A stretch of DNA of 64,000 nt, taken from the NCBI GenBank assembly GCA_018335295.1, contig JAGXKI010000005.1:20658-84657 (forward strand), read 5' to 3'. The stretch's first letter is position 1; every line of letters starts with the position of its first letter. Below the pieces are notes generated by a model, which was not told the origin of the DNA, did not search any database, and was given only the letters and a program-made list of their open reading frames with translations. A program made the translations under genes and the position numbers. The stretch comes from a bacterium. GTDB lineage: Bacteria > Acidobacteriota > Aminicenantia > Aminicenantales > Aminicenantaceae. Below, one piece after another: positions 38,352-48,302 of the stretch.

Positions 38352-40688
38352 TTATCTTTGAAAACAGAACTGACGGAGAAATTTAACAGCTTCATCACAT
38401 CGACGGAAGGTGGGAACACCGGATTTTTCAAGAAGTTCAGCCATAGGATTATAAAGCACTCCCGAATCGATGTTCACCACAAAAGGCTTATCGGTTTTCC
38501 TGAATACATCCACCAATCTTAAAGCAATACTTCCCTTCTGAGTGACGTTTTCTTTATGGTAAGGGGAAGTTTCTAGGGTCTGCATAGCGGGCGTCATGGG
38601 AACCGGAGAAACCACCGCACAATCTACCCCCGGATCCTCCAGGATAAGCTGAACACAACAGCTAAAGGTCAAATCATCGGCCACTGGAGTCACGTCTAGG
38701 GGATTCTTAATATCTTGAAGACGGTCAATACCCAAAGGCTCCAGGACCTGGGACAATTTTTTCATAGTCTGAGGAGAAAAGCGGGCCAGTTTCAATTTTT
38801 TTTCGTTTTCCAGATTATCGGACATGATCACACATTCAAAACCTGCATTGCTGATCAATCCCACCCGGGAACCCTTGATTGGTTTATCCTTCAAGAAACA
38901 CAGGTTCCGGATATTGTTTTCAAACTCTAACAAACTGTCAGCAAGAATCACTCCGGATTGTTCTAACATCCATCGGGTAACCCGGTAATTTCCGGCCACC
39001 GAAGCAGTGTGGGTGGAAGTAGCATTCTGTCCTTCCTGGCTTCTTCCTGCTTTATACACCAGGATCTTCTTTCCTTCCCTAACCATTTCCTGGGCGGTTC
39101 GAACAAAAGTTAACCCTTCCGAAGGAAGAAATCCCTCCACATAAACAGCTATTATCTGAACCTCTTCCTTCCTTCTCAAATAATTCAGGTAATCCGGTAT
39201 ACTCAGGTCTATTTGATTTCCCACAGAAATGGCATATACAGGGTCAATATAAGGAATTTTGCTCATCCGTGAAATCATAAACGCGCCACTCTGACTTATA
39301 TAGGCCAATTTGGATGGAAACACATCTTTCCGGGGTGGATGGTAAAGCTTATACTTAGGAATGAAAGTGGTATCATACTTTCCCGGCCTGGAATATATTC
39401 CCAAACAGTTCCCCCCATTCACCACTGGAGTTTTCTTCCCCTTTTTTCTTCCTGACTCCAGAAGAGATTTAATGTCTTTCTCTAAAGAATAAGTTCCCGC
39501 TTTCTCTCCGATTCCTCCTGAAATGATGATGGCGGAACGGGCTTTCTCCATCTCCACCGCTTCTCTCATCACCTTATAACTCTGATCAGCTGAGACAGCC
39601 AGGATAAATAAATCCACACACTGGGGAATTTCGGAAACAGAAGGCACACAAGGACATCCCTCCATTTCACTGACTCCGGGTTTGACCACATAAATCCGAG
39701 ACTTAGAAAAACCTTGGCGGAGGACATTGTTCAGTATGATGTGTCCGGTATTCATTTTTTCCGAAACTCCAATGATGGCCAGGGTTCGAGGATGGAGTAG
39801 GTGATGGATTTGTTCCAGGGGTCGAAGTCTTGATTTCTTGTGTTTTCGAGAGAAACGGCAAGTCCCATCCAGAGGAACCAGTTTTTTCTCACTCACCACA
39901 AAAGGATTCACTTCTGCTTCCTCGATGACATATTCACTTTGGTTATTAAAGGGAGAGAAATACCTTCCCAGCCTTTGAAACTTTTGATAAATGTTTTCCA
40001 GTTCCTTCGAAGAAATCAGAGGTTTCCTTCCCCTATATACACCTGTGAGCTTATCATAGAAAGCCAGAGACTTCAGCATCTTTGGGATATCCTTTTTCTG
40101 GAAAAGATGAACCGAGGCTATAGATGAGGCCTTCCCTAGTCTAAGCTTTTTATGGAGAAATTCCACATCCACCCCTCCTATTCCCACAGTCAGTACAGGC
40201 CCAAATTCCCTGGTTGATCTCAAACCCATGAGGAGTTCAGACCCAAAACCTACTTTTTCAAAATCCACTTCTTCACACACCAAGACCCCAAGAATTCCCT
40301 TCTTCACCTGATCCAAAGAAATGCTGGGGAGTCCTTTCTGATTTCTTCTCTGACCACTCCAACGGATACAATTTTCAGGTACATTTTTAAGCATTTTCTG
40401 GATAGTTTGGTTCACTTCCCGCACATTTTTGGAGACAAGCTTGACTCCTCCCACATCAGACTTATGGAAAATGTAAGGAGAAACAATTTTAATCACCACC
40501 TTTGGGGATCGGATGGAAGAGAGTTCATCCTTTTTTACTTCTTTTCCTTTTTCCACAAATAAAAAATCAGGAGTCCGGATTCCCAATTCCTTAAGCACAT
40601 TGTAGACCTCATGCTCCAGAAAAAAAGACCTGTCTTTTTTCTCCGCCGTTCTGAATAGTTTTTCTATCCTATCAAAATAGGGTTTCAT
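38352..40688 (-). CDS. acd: ADP-forming acyl-CoA synthetase (ACD), fused alpha/beta form (ATP-grasp + CoA-binding + ligase-CoA domains)
   Basis: 778 aa. The N-terminal ATP-grasp is of ACD beta type. The central CoA-binding Rossmann region reads RTLAIIGVSEK...GHIILNN and succinyl-CoA-synthetase-like regions follow. It is the last gene of the iorAB operon. Confidence 0.8.
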   Translation of the reverse strand: MKPYFDRIEKLFRTAEKKDRSFFLEHEVYNVLKELGIRTPDFLFVEKGKEVKKDELSSIRSPKVVIKIVSPYIFHKSDVGGVKLVSKNVREVNQTIQKMLKNVPENCIRWSGQRRNQKGLPSISLDQVKKGILGVLVCEEVDFEKVGFGSELLMGLRSTREFGPVLTVGIGGVDVEFLHKKLRLGKASSIASVHLFQKKDIPKMLKSLAFYDKLTGVYRGRKPLISSKELENIYQKFQRLGRYFSPFNNQSEYVIEEAEVNPFVVSEKKLVPLDGTCRFSRKHKKSRLRPLEQIHHLLHPRTLAIIGVSEKMNTGHIILNNVLRQGFSKSRIYVVKPGVSEMEGCPCVPSVSEIPQCVDLFILAVSADQSYKVMREAVEMEKARSAIIISGGIGEKAGTYSLEKDIKSLLESGRKKGKKTPVVNGGNCLGIYSRPGKYDTTFIPKYKLYHPPRKDVFPSKLAYISQSGAFMISRMSKIPYIDPVYAISVGNQIDLSIPDYLNYLRRKEEVQIIAVYVEGFLPSEGLTFVRTAQEMVREGKKILVYKAGRSQEGQNATSTHTASVAGNYRVTRWMLEQSGVILADSLLEFENNIRNLCFLKDKPIKGSRVGLISNAGFECVIMSDNLENEKKLKLARFSPQTMKKLSQVLEPLGIDRLQDIKNPLDVTPVADDLTFSCCVQLILEDPGVDCAVVSPVPMTPAMQTLETSPYHKENVTQKGSIALRLVDVFRKTDKPFVVNIDSGVLYNPMAELLEKSGVPTFRRCDEAVKFLRQFCFQR

Positions 40689-40741
40689 CTCATCCCCTTT
40701 TTTTCAATCCAACTCTATTTATCGCTAAGGCATACTTTTAT

Positions 40742-41320
40742 TCAAGTTTTCACGGCTTCCTGACCTAAATAGAAAGCCTGGATATTCATATCCACTAAAC
40801 TCCTCCCCCGGGATTCAAATAAAACTTGAATGAAACGGAGAAGATTTTTTTCTTTTATGATCAAATGACGAGAAGCCGCGCCTAACATCACCATATTCTG
40901 AGTTTTAGCAGATCCAGCTTTCCGGGCCAGCTTCAAAGAATCAATCAGTCTCGCCTCATTCACCTTTCTTACTTGGTTGATGACTTTGTCCCTATCTGGG
41001 TAATCAGGAATATTCTCATAAGGAGATTGACTGGTGATGATTAAGCCTTCAGGAGCGAGATATTCAAGGTACCGGAGGGTTTCCAGAGGTTCCACACTTA
41101 AAATCATGTCCGCTTTTCCCTTGGGGATAAGATCACTGTAGATAGAAGAATCGGAAAGGCGAAGATGAGACTGCACAGCCCCTCCTCTTTGGGCCATTCC
41201 GTGCACTTCTGCCTGCTTAAAATTTAAACTTTCTTTCAAAGCGGCATTGTCGATCACAAAGGCAATGGAAAGGATTCCCTGCCCTCCAACTCCAGCTAAT
41301 ATCACATCTTGTTTCATCAC
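40742..41320 (-). CDS. iorB: Indolepyruvate:ferredoxin oxidoreductase beta subunit (2-oxoacid:Fd oxidoreductase gamma-type)
   Basis: MMKQDVILAGVGGQGILS N-terminus. About 190 aa, immediately following iorA. Confidence 0.75.
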   Translation of the reverse strand: MMKQDVILAGVGGQGILSIAFVIDNAALKESLNFKQAEVHGMAQRGGAVQSHLRLSDSSIYSDLIPKGKADMILSVEPLETLRYLEYLAPEGLIITSQSPYENIPDYPDRDKVINQVRKVNEARLIDSLKLARKAGSAKTQNMVMLGAASRHLIIKEKNLLRFIQVLFESRGRSLVDMNIQAFYLGQEAVKT

Positions 41321-42922
41321 TCAGCCTCTTTTTTTCTTCCTTTTCCGTGCTTCCTGCACACATTCCCGGGATGCTATGATTACAGAAAGACCCTTGTAAT
41401 CAATTTCTTCCTTCATAACTCGGATATTTTTCTCTTTATTTTTAGGAAGAGGAGTGATCACCCGGATATGTTTTTCCTCCACTCCCACTCCCCGGGCAAT
41501 CCGATCCAATTCTTCTCCGCTAGCAAAAGTGGGTTGCCCTCCGGTCATGGCCACAACTTCGTTGTCCAGGATGATCACGGTCATATTGGCTTTCACTCGA
41601 GCGGCATCCAAAAGAGGCGTGATCCCTGAATGGGCAAATGTGGAATCTCCGATCACCGCAATTGAAGGATCCACTCCTGCATCGGCTCCTCCCTTAGCCA
41701 TACTCACACTGGCTCCCATGCATACGCAGGTATGAACTGCATTATAGGGGGGGAGGGCTCCCAGAGTATAACATCCTATGTCACTAAATACGTTAGCCCC
41801 GCTCCGAGACCGGAGAACTTCATTCAATGCATGAAAGGTATCCGCATGGGGACATCCCTGACAGAGTTTGGGAGGACGAGAAGCCAAAGGGCTATCTTCT
41901 AAAAAATGAGTGGAATAAGGGGGCATTTCCAAAGCTTTGCGTACCAGGTCAGGAGACAATTCTCCAGTTAAGGGAAGATCACCGCTTAACTTACCTTTAA
42001 TTTTTTTTCCAGAAATCCCAAATTGACCTCTCAAATTTTTTTCAATGAAGGGGTATCCCTCTTCCACTATTAAGAGGGTTTCCACCTGTCTGACCAGGTC
42101 CTGAATCAAATTTGCCGGCAAAGGGTAGGCACCTATTTTCAAAAGCGAAGGAATGGCGTTATTTTGAAGATAATTTTCTAAAACATAATTATAAGCAATT
42201 CCCGAAGTGATAATTCCCAGTTGGGAATTTTTCTTGTTAAGGGTTAAGGAATTAAATTCGCTGCGGTTGGATAATTCAACTAGGTTAGGCTGCTTTTCTA
42301 CTAATATTTTAAACCTCCGTCGGGCATTCACAGGAAGAAGAGTCCAGTCTTCCCACTTTCCGTATTGAATAGAATCTGGCTTTTGCGAGGGATAGGGTTG
42401 GACCCTGGAACGACTGTGAGAGAGACGAGTGACCAGTCGAACCATCACCGGAACATTCGTTTTTTCAGAAATGTCAAAAGCTTTCCGGGTCATTTCATAG
42501 GCTTCCTGAGGATTGGAAGGCTCAAAACAAAAAACTTGGGCAAAGTGAGCGTAGTACCGACTGTCCTGCTCATTTTGAGAGCTGTGCATACTGGGGTCAT
42601 CCGCAACAGCTACTACCAAACCTCCGTTTGTACCGGTAACGGCTGAATTCATGAAGGGATCTGCCGCCACGTTCAAACCCACATGCTTCATGGATACTAA
42701 GCTTCTTCTTCCTGCAAAAGAAACGCCCAGTGCTTCTTCATAAGCCACTTTTTCGTTCACACACCAGGAGGCATGGAAATTTTTCCTTTTTTGACTTGCC
42801 TTTATCAAATACTCCATGATTTCAGAGGCGGGGGTTCCAGGATAAGAATAGGCTTTATAGAGTCCCGCGTGAATGGCTCCTAAACCCACAGCCTCATCAC
42901 CAAGCAAAATTTCTGATTTCAT
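41321..42922 (-). CDS. iorA: Indolepyruvate:ferredoxin oxidoreductase alpha subunit (TPP-binding, with Cys-rich ferredoxin-like segment)
   Basis: TPP-binding GDG-type region (DDPSMHSSQNEQD and VAVIGDSTFAHSG), and Cys clusters CQGCPH...C and C-terminal CVQ. 533 aa. Confidence 0.8.
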   Translation of the reverse strand: MKSEILLGDEAVGLGAIHAGLYKAYSYPGTPASEIMEYLIKASQKRKNFHASWCVNEKVAYEEALGVSFAGRRSLVSMKHVGLNVAADPFMNSAVTGTNGGLVVAVADDPSMHSSQNEQDSRYYAHFAQVFCFEPSNPQEAYEMTRKAFDISEKTNVPVMVRLVTRLSHSRSRVQPYPSQKPDSIQYGKWEDWTLLPVNARRRFKILVEKQPNLVELSNRSEFNSLTLNKKNSQLGIITSGIAYNYVLENYLQNNAIPSLLKIGAYPLPANLIQDLVRQVETLLIVEEGYPFIEKNLRGQFGISGKKIKGKLSGDLPLTGELSPDLVRKALEMPPYSTHFLEDSPLASRPPKLCQGCPHADTFHALNEVLRSRSGANVFSDIGCYTLGALPPYNAVHTCVCMGASVSMAKGGADAGVDPSIAVIGDSTFAHSGITPLLDAARVKANMTVIILDNEVVAMTGGQPTFASGEELDRIARGVGVEEKHIRVITPLPKNKEKNIRVMKEEIDYKGLSVIIASRECVQEARKRKKKRG

Positions 42923-43154
42923 ATCTTTATCCTTAATAAAGAAGACTGGAAAAAAAGCTTCTGATATAAATTTTCTTTCCCCATGAAAACGAAAGGCGGA
43001 AACATTTTCTGTTTAAATCAAACAATTTTAAACCAGAAACAAGAGGTTTTTAAGAAGTGTAAGAATACCTTTTCAAAATTCAAGTGTCAAGCAAGTCTCT
43101 TTTGTATTCTTATAATTTCTATCTATTTATGTTGAAAAATAAGGACAAATCAGC

Positions 43155-43178
43155 TAATATAATATTAACATTATATTA
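43155..43178. promoter_or_regulatory. Imperfect 24-bp palindrome immediately upstream of the Rrf2 gene (candidate operator)
   Basis: TAATATAATATTAACATTATATTA matches its reverse complement at 22 of 24 positions. It ends 5 bp before the Rrf2 ATG. Confidence 0.35.
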
Positions 43179-43182
43179 AGAG

Positions 43183-43626
43183 GTGCTACTCATGATAAGG
43201 CTTTCAACAAAAGGACGGTATGGAACCCGGTTGATGCTGAATCTAGCCCATCATTACGACAACGGAAATGAATCAGTAATTCTCAAAAATGTTTCCCATG
43301 AAGAAGATATATCCATCCGCTATTTAGAACAAATCATCATTCCGCTCAAAATCAACAAATTGGTTAAAAGCATTCGGGGGGCCGGAGGGGGGTACACTTT
43401 GTCCCGTTCTCCTTCCAAAATTAAACTCAGTGATATTCTTGAAGCTCTAGAAGGCCCCTGCTGCCTGGTGGAATGTGTGGATGATGAAGACTATTGCGAC
43501 CGCATTCCTACCTGTGCCACTCATGAAATTTGGGAGAAAGCCAGCCACATGCTCAAGAACTTTTTCGAAAGCACAAGTCTCCAAGACCTCATTGAAATCA
43601 GCAGAAAAAAGAATCCAGAAACTTGA
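43183..43626 (+). CDS. Rrf2-family transcriptional regulator (IscR/NsrR-like, 3-Cys cluster ligands)
   Basis: MIRLSTKGRYGTRLM is a winged-helix N-terminus. C-terminal CCLVEC...C cysteines are present. Confidence 0.8.
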   Translation: MLLMIRLSTKGRYGTRLMLNLAHHYDNGNESVILKNVSHEEDISIRYLEQIIIPLKINKLVKSIRGAGGGYTLSRSPSKIKLSDILEALEGPCCLVECVDDEDYCDRIPTCATHEIWEKASHMLKNFFESTSLQDLIEISRKKNPET

Positions 43627-43738
43627 AGTAGAGGGATTTAATCCTGAAATTCGAGAGCGTGGGCAAAGGTCGGATAAACTCTCATTTTCTTTTGAATGAA
43701 CATATTTTTTGTCTTTATCCCAGCAAAAAAGTTAAAAA

Positions 43739-44563
43739 TCACAACATTTCATTCATAGTTCCAGATTGATAACCTCTTAAATCTAGAGTGACGTAGATAA
43801 ACCCAAGTTTTTTCAACGTTTGAACAATTTCTTCCCTGCAGTCCTTTTGAAAAAAGAAATGCATTTCCTGTGGAGACACTTCAATCCTCGCTGTTTTTCC
43901 ATGATGGCGCACCCGAAGCTGTTTCAATCCTTTCTTCTGAAGAAACTGTTCCGCTTTTTCCACCTGAGAAAGTTTATCTAGAGTTAAAGTCACTTTATAA
44001 GGAAACCTGGAAGCCAGACACGCCATGCTGGGTTTATCCCAGGTCCGAAGTCCTCGTTGTTTAGAAAGTTTCCTTATTTCGATTTTGGTCAATCCGGTTT
44101 TTTTCAAAGGGGAATGCACCTTCATCTCCGCCGCTGCTTGCATTCCTGGTCTGTAATCGTCCTTATCCTCATAATTGGCCCCATCCACCACATGATTTAA
44201 TTTTTTGGCATGCGCTAGACTCCATAGTTTTTTAAAAAGTGCTTTTTTGCAGTAATAACATCTCTCAGGCAAGTTTTGGGAAATTTCCGGGATTTTCAAT
44301 CCTTCCAAAGGGAAGCTTTCATGAAGAATCCCTATTTCTCGGGCTAATTTTTGAGCTTCCTCAATTTCCCTACCGGGAAAAAGAGGAGATTCAGCCGTGA
44401 CAGCTAAAGCTTTCTTTCCTAAAGATTCGAAAGCCACACTGGCGAGGAAACTGCTGTCCACTCCTCCCGAATAGGCTATCACCACACTTTCTAAAGACTG
44501 AAGGAATTCTCGAAGATGATGAAATTTTTTTTCGAGAGCCTCTCTGTTCCGACCTAGATCCAT
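43739..44563 (-). CDS. PP-loop ATP pyrophosphatase of the LarE/TIGR00268 family (ATP-dependent sulfur transferase-like)
   Basis: The SGGVDSS PP-loop sits in the VIAYSGGVDSSFLASVA context, followed by C-terminal Cys residues. 274 aa. Confidence 0.75.
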   Translation of the reverse strand: MDLGRNREALEKKFHHLREFLQSLESVVIAYSGGVDSSFLASVAFESLGKKALAVTAESPLFPGREIEEAQKLAREIGILHESFPLEGLKIPEISQNLPERCYYCKKALFKKLWSLAHAKKLNHVVDGANYEDKDDYRPGMQAAAEMKVHSPLKKTGLTKIEIRKLSKQRGLRTWDKPSMACLASRFPYKVTLTLDKLSQVEKAEQFLQKKGLKQLRVRHHGKTARIEVSPQEMHFFFQKDCREEIVQTLKKLGFIYVTLDLRGYQSGTMNEML

Positions 44564-44581
44564 TTTCCTTTTTTATCCAAG

Positions 44582-45490
44582 TTAGCCAGTATAATTGAGC
44601 ATGGCTTCCAGCGATCTTCTTGCTCTCTTCATTATGGCCTCAGGAATTTCCACAGGATTCAGCTCGTCCTTTAAAGCCAGGTATACATCTTGGAGAGTGG
44701 GGCGTTTCATTCCCGCACACATTTTTGGAGTTCCTGCCGTGTAGAATTCCTTTTGAGGATTCTCTTTTTTCAAACGATAAAGGATTCCCTCTTCTGTTCC
44801 AATCAAAAACTTATTTCTGGAGGATTCTTTAGCTCTCCGAACCATCCCTCCAGTGGAAAGAACTTCATCGGCTAAATCAATCACTTCAGGACGGCATTCG
44901 GGATGGACAATGAGGAGGGCCTCTGGATATTCTTCTTTCGCCCTAAGGACTTCTTTCTTGGTGATTCTCTCATGCACATAGCAGAAACCATTCCAGGGAA
45001 TAATTTCCTTTGTTACAAACCGCTTCACATAAGAAGCCAAATTCTTATCGGGGACAAAAATGATTTTCTCCGCATCTATGTTTTTTACCACTTCAACCGC
45101 GTTGGAGGAAGTGCAGCAAACATCTGTCTCTGCTTTCACATCGGCGTTGGTGTTCACATAAGACACCACTTTGGCTTCCGGATGTTCGTCTTTTAATTTT
45201 TTTAATTGGGGGGCTGTCACCATATCAGCCATGGGACAACCCACTTCCAATTCGGGTCGGGGAAGGAGCACTGTTTTCTGAGGAGAAAGGATTTTTGCTG
45301 TTTCAGCCATAAATTTCACTCCGCAGAACACAATCACCTCCGCATTTGTCTTTGCAGCTCTTCGGGATAATCCCAAAGAATCGCCCAGTTCATCCGCTAT
45401 ATCTTGGATTTCTGGCTTTTGATAATTATGGACCAGCAATACAGCATTTTTTTCTTTCTTCAATTGAGTTATTTCGTTTTTTAAATTCAT
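44582..45490 (-). CDS. nadA: Quinolinate synthase
   Basis: LVHNYQ, VIVFCGVKFMAETAKIL and three conserved Cys regions. 302 aa. Confidence 0.9.
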   Translation of the reverse strand: MNLKNEITQLKKEKNAVLLVHNYQKPEIQDIADELGDSLGLSRRAAKTNAEVIVFCGVKFMAETAKILSPQKTVLLPRPELEVGCPMADMVTAPQLKKLKDEHPEAKVVSYVNTNADVKAETDVCCTSSNAVEVVKNIDAEKIIFVPDKNLASYVKRFVTKEIIPWNGFCYVHERITKKEVLRAKEEYPEALLIVHPECRPEVIDLADEVLSTGGMVRRAKESSRNKFLIGTEEGILYRLKKENPQKEFYTAGTPKMCAGMKRPTLQDVYLALKDELNPVEIPEAIMKRARRSLEAMLNYTG

Positions 45491-45625
45491 GTTCTTTTCC
45501 TCTTATTATTTATCCAGCTATCTCCCATATATCATAACTTTCTTATTATAGCCCTTATTCCCGTTATCGGGCAATCAGGAATGGTGTGCTTTCTTCTTTT
45601 TTATAAAAATGTTTTGATGAAGTTT

Positions 45626-46804
45626 TTAATTTCCGGAAGTTTTTCCTTTTCCTAAAGGCGACATTTCCCGAAGTCTTTCCACAATCGGGGGAAGAAGGTC
45701 AATCACTTTCTCTACATGTTCTTCGGTATTGTCCTTCCCTAGACTAAACCGAAGAGAGCCATGAGCTGTTTCTGAATCCACACCGATAGCTGTCAGCACA
45801 TGGGAAGGTTTTAGAGAACCAGATGTGCACGCAGAACCACTGGATGCCGCTATCCCTTGGGCATCCAACTGAAGAAGCATAGACTCTCCTTCGATGTAGC
45901 GAACACAGATATTAAGGATACCCGGCAGCCGCCGTTGAGGATGACCATTGAGCTTTACATCTTCAATTTTTTCTTTTAGGCTTTTTTCCAACCTATCTCT
46001 TAGTTTCTGTATCCTTTTTTCCTCTTCTTTCCCTTCCTCCATGGCAATCTCGACGGCTTTTCCTACTCCCACAATACCGGGAATATTCTCAGTCCCAGCT
46101 CTTTGGTTATTCTCATGATGCCCTCCGTGAAGAAGGGAATGAATTTGAGTTCCTTTCCGTATATACAAAGCCCCCACTCCTTTAGGACCATACAATTTAT
46201 GGGCCGATAAAGAGAGAAGGTCTGCATTCAGTTTATTGACATTGACGGGGATTTTCCCCACACTCTGGACCGCGTCAGTATGGAAGTAGACCCCTTTTTC
46301 TTTGGCTAATTCCCCTATTTCTTCCAAGGGTTCAATCGTTCCCAATTCATTATTGGCATGCATAATGGAAATAAGACTGGTTTTATCAGTGATTGAATTT
46401 TCAAGCTGTTCCAAATCCACTATACCGTTTTGATCCACTTCTAAATAAGTCACTTCAAAACCTTGTTTTTCCAGCCATTTACATGTATTTAAAACAGCAT
46501 GATGTTCGATAGAAGAAGTGATGATATGATTTCCTTTCTCTTTGTTGGCAAAGGCTATTCCCTTGAGGGCATGATTATCTGATTCGGTACCACATCCAGT
46601 GAACACGATTTCTCCCGGTTTTGCACTGAGCAACCTGGCAACTTTCTCCCGGGCCTCCTCTCGAGCTTTTTGAGCCTCTTGGGCTAATCTGTAAAGGCTT
46701 GATGGGTTCCCGAATTTCTTATCAAAATAAGAAAGCATGGCCTCAATCACCCGTCTGTCCGTAGGAGTGGTGGCACTATGATCTAAATAAATCTTCTGTT
46801 TCAT
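45626..46804 (-). CDS. iscS: Cysteine desulfurase (NifS/IscS class)
   Basis: IYLDHSATTP, the PLP lysine in SAHKLYGPKG, and the active-site SSGSACTS. The start is set at the Met whose ATG overlaps the upstream Rrf2 TGA (ATGA). Confidence 0.85.
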   Translation of the reverse strand: MKQKIYLDHSATTPTDRRVIEAMLSYFDKKFGNPSSLYRLAQEAQKAREEAREKVARLLSAKPGEIVFTGCGTESDNHALKGIAFANKEKGNHIITSSIEHHAVLNTCKWLEKQGFEVTYLEVDQNGIVDLEQLENSITDKTSLISIMHANNELGTIEPLEEIGELAKEKGVYFHTDAVQSVGKIPVNVNKLNADLLSLSAHKLYGPKGVGALYIRKGTQIHSLLHGGHHENNQRAGTENIPGIVGVGKAVEIAMEEGKEEEKRIQKLRDRLEKSLKEKIEDVKLNGHPQRRLPGILNICVRYIEGESMLLQLDAQGIAASSGSACTSGSLKPSHVLTAIGVDSETAHGSLRFSLGKDNTEEHVEKVIDLLPPIVERLREMSPLGKGKTSGN

Positions 46805-47238
46805 TTCCTTCTCCTGTTTATAAATGTCCAAGGTTCCATCTTTTCTTGAGATAATGCCAGGTCTTTTAGAGTTTTGGACTGTAAAGTGTTTTTTATAGAT
46901 TCCCGAACCGATTTCCACAGATCCACGGTGACGCATCTCTCCGATTTTTCACACGCTACTGGATTCTCCATACAGTCCATTGTAACCAAGGATCCCTCCA
47001 GAATTTTAACGATTTCATAGCACCGCAATTCCTCTGGAGGCTGAGAAAGAATATATCCTTCTTTTTTTCTTTGAATCAACCCCTCAGCTCGGATAGTTTG
47101 AAGGATATGGTCCAAGTACTTCATAGAAATTCCTTCCTTTTCTGCAATTTCTTTGAGCAGTAAAGGACCTTTTCTGTAATGCCGGGCCAAAATCACCATA
47201 GCCCGCATCCCATAACGACTTCGTGTGGAAATCTTCAT
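46801..47238 (-). CDS. iscR: Rrf2-family regulator, IscR-like, first gene of the iscS-nadA operon
   Basis: MKISTRSRYGMRAM..., cysteines in CMENPVACEKSERC, and translational coupling to iscS. Confidence 0.8.
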   Translation of the reverse strand: MKISTRSRYGMRAMVILARHYRKGPLLLKEIAEKEGISMKYLDHILQTIRAEGLIQRKKEGYILSQPPEELRCYEIVKILEGSLVTMDCMENPVACEKSERCVTVDLWKSVRESIKNTLQSKTLKDLALSQEKMEPWTFINRRRK

Positions 47239-47244
47239 TTTTTT

Positions 47245-47267
47245 CTACTATTCTAGTAGAATACTAG
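47245..47267. promoter_or_regulatory. Near-perfect 23-bp palindrome in the iscR promoter (candidate IscR autoregulatory operator)
   Basis: CTACTATTCTAGTAGAATACTAG has a core TATTCTA-G-TAGAATA that is exactly palindromic. It lies 7 bp upstream of the iscR start, in the divergent region shared with the cytochrome operon. Confidence 0.45.
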
Positions 47268-47385
47268 ATTTTAAAATCTTCTTCCTTCACTGTCAAGTTT
47301 CCAAGGGCCGATTTTTAAAATCCTCGACTTTTTATAAATTATTTTGTTAATTTCTTGACAGTTCATTAAACTTTTTATTAAAAAC

Positions 47386-48285
47386 ATGGAAGGAAAATCA
47401 TATAAAATGGATAGGAAGGAAATTTATATCACTCTTCTCACCTCTTTGGTGATCCTTTTTGGCTTAATATTCTTTTTAAAAAGTCTCAAGGGAGAGGATC
47501 AAAAAAATAAAAAATCCTATGCAGGGACAAAAATGTGCCGTTCTTGCCATGAGGAACAATATCAAAATTACAAATCATCCGTTCATTTTCTCATTGAACA
47601 AAATAAAACCCCTGGTTATGGCTGTGAAACCTGTCATGGTCCCGGAAGCAGCCATGTGGAGTCCGGAGGAGGGATAGACAACATTTTCTCCTTCAAAGCC
47701 CCCATTTCTTCAGCCAAAAAATCCGAAAAATGTCTTCAGTGTCATTCCAGCGATAACGTCAATTTTACTTTTCGGGAAAGCGACCACATGAATGCATCGG
47801 TGGCCTGTTCTGACTGTCACCAATCTCATCCTTCTCCAGGTAAGGCTATGCTTTCCGGCGAGGAGGGTTATAAACTTTGTCTCGAATGTCATCCAGCCAT
47901 CAAGTCGAAACTGTTGCTTAATGAGAGTCACCGGATTCTCGAAGGAATAGTCAAATGTGTTGATTGTCACAAAATCCATCAAAATTCCCTCAGAAAGCAT
48001 TTAGGAGGATTCAAACAAAAAATATGCTTTCAGTGCCATACAGAAAAGCAAGGACCTTTCCTTTTCGAACATCCAGCCGTCCAAACAGAAGGATGTGTCA
48101 TCTGTCATGAACCCCATGGTTCAGTCAACCGCCATATGCTGAGTTATCAGAATACGGCGGACCTGTGTTATTCTTGTCATATCTCTGTTCCTTTCTGGCA
48201 TTCCAGGTTTACTTCTCGGTCCATGTGCACTAACTGCCATACAGCCATTCACGGTTCCCATCTGGATCCCTTTTTTCTTAAATAA
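47386..48285 (+). CDS. Decaheme c-type cytochrome, MtrA/PioA/MtoA-like (periplasmic/porin-inserted electron conduit)
   Basis: Ten CxxCH motifs in ~300 aa (CRSCH, CETCH, CLQCH, CSDCH, CLECH, CVDCH, CFQCH, CVICH, CYSCH, CTNCH). There is an N-terminal signal/anchor. Confidence 0.85.
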   Translation: MEGKSYKMDRKEIYITLLTSLVILFGLIFFLKSLKGEDQKNKKSYAGTKMCRSCHEEQYQNYKSSVHFLIEQNKTPGYGCETCHGPGSSHVESGGGIDNIFSFKAPISSAKKSEKCLQCHSSDNVNFTFRESDHMNASVACSDCHQSHPSPGKAMLSGEEGYKLCLECHPAIKSKLLLNESHRILEGIVKCVDCHKIHQNSLRKHLGGFKQKICFQCHTEKQGPFLFEHPAVQTEGCVICHEPHGSVNRHMLSYQNTADLCYSCHISVPFWHSRFTSRSMCTNCHTAIHGSHLDPFFLK

Positions 48286-48302
48286 AAGAATGAGAGGATA
48301 AA

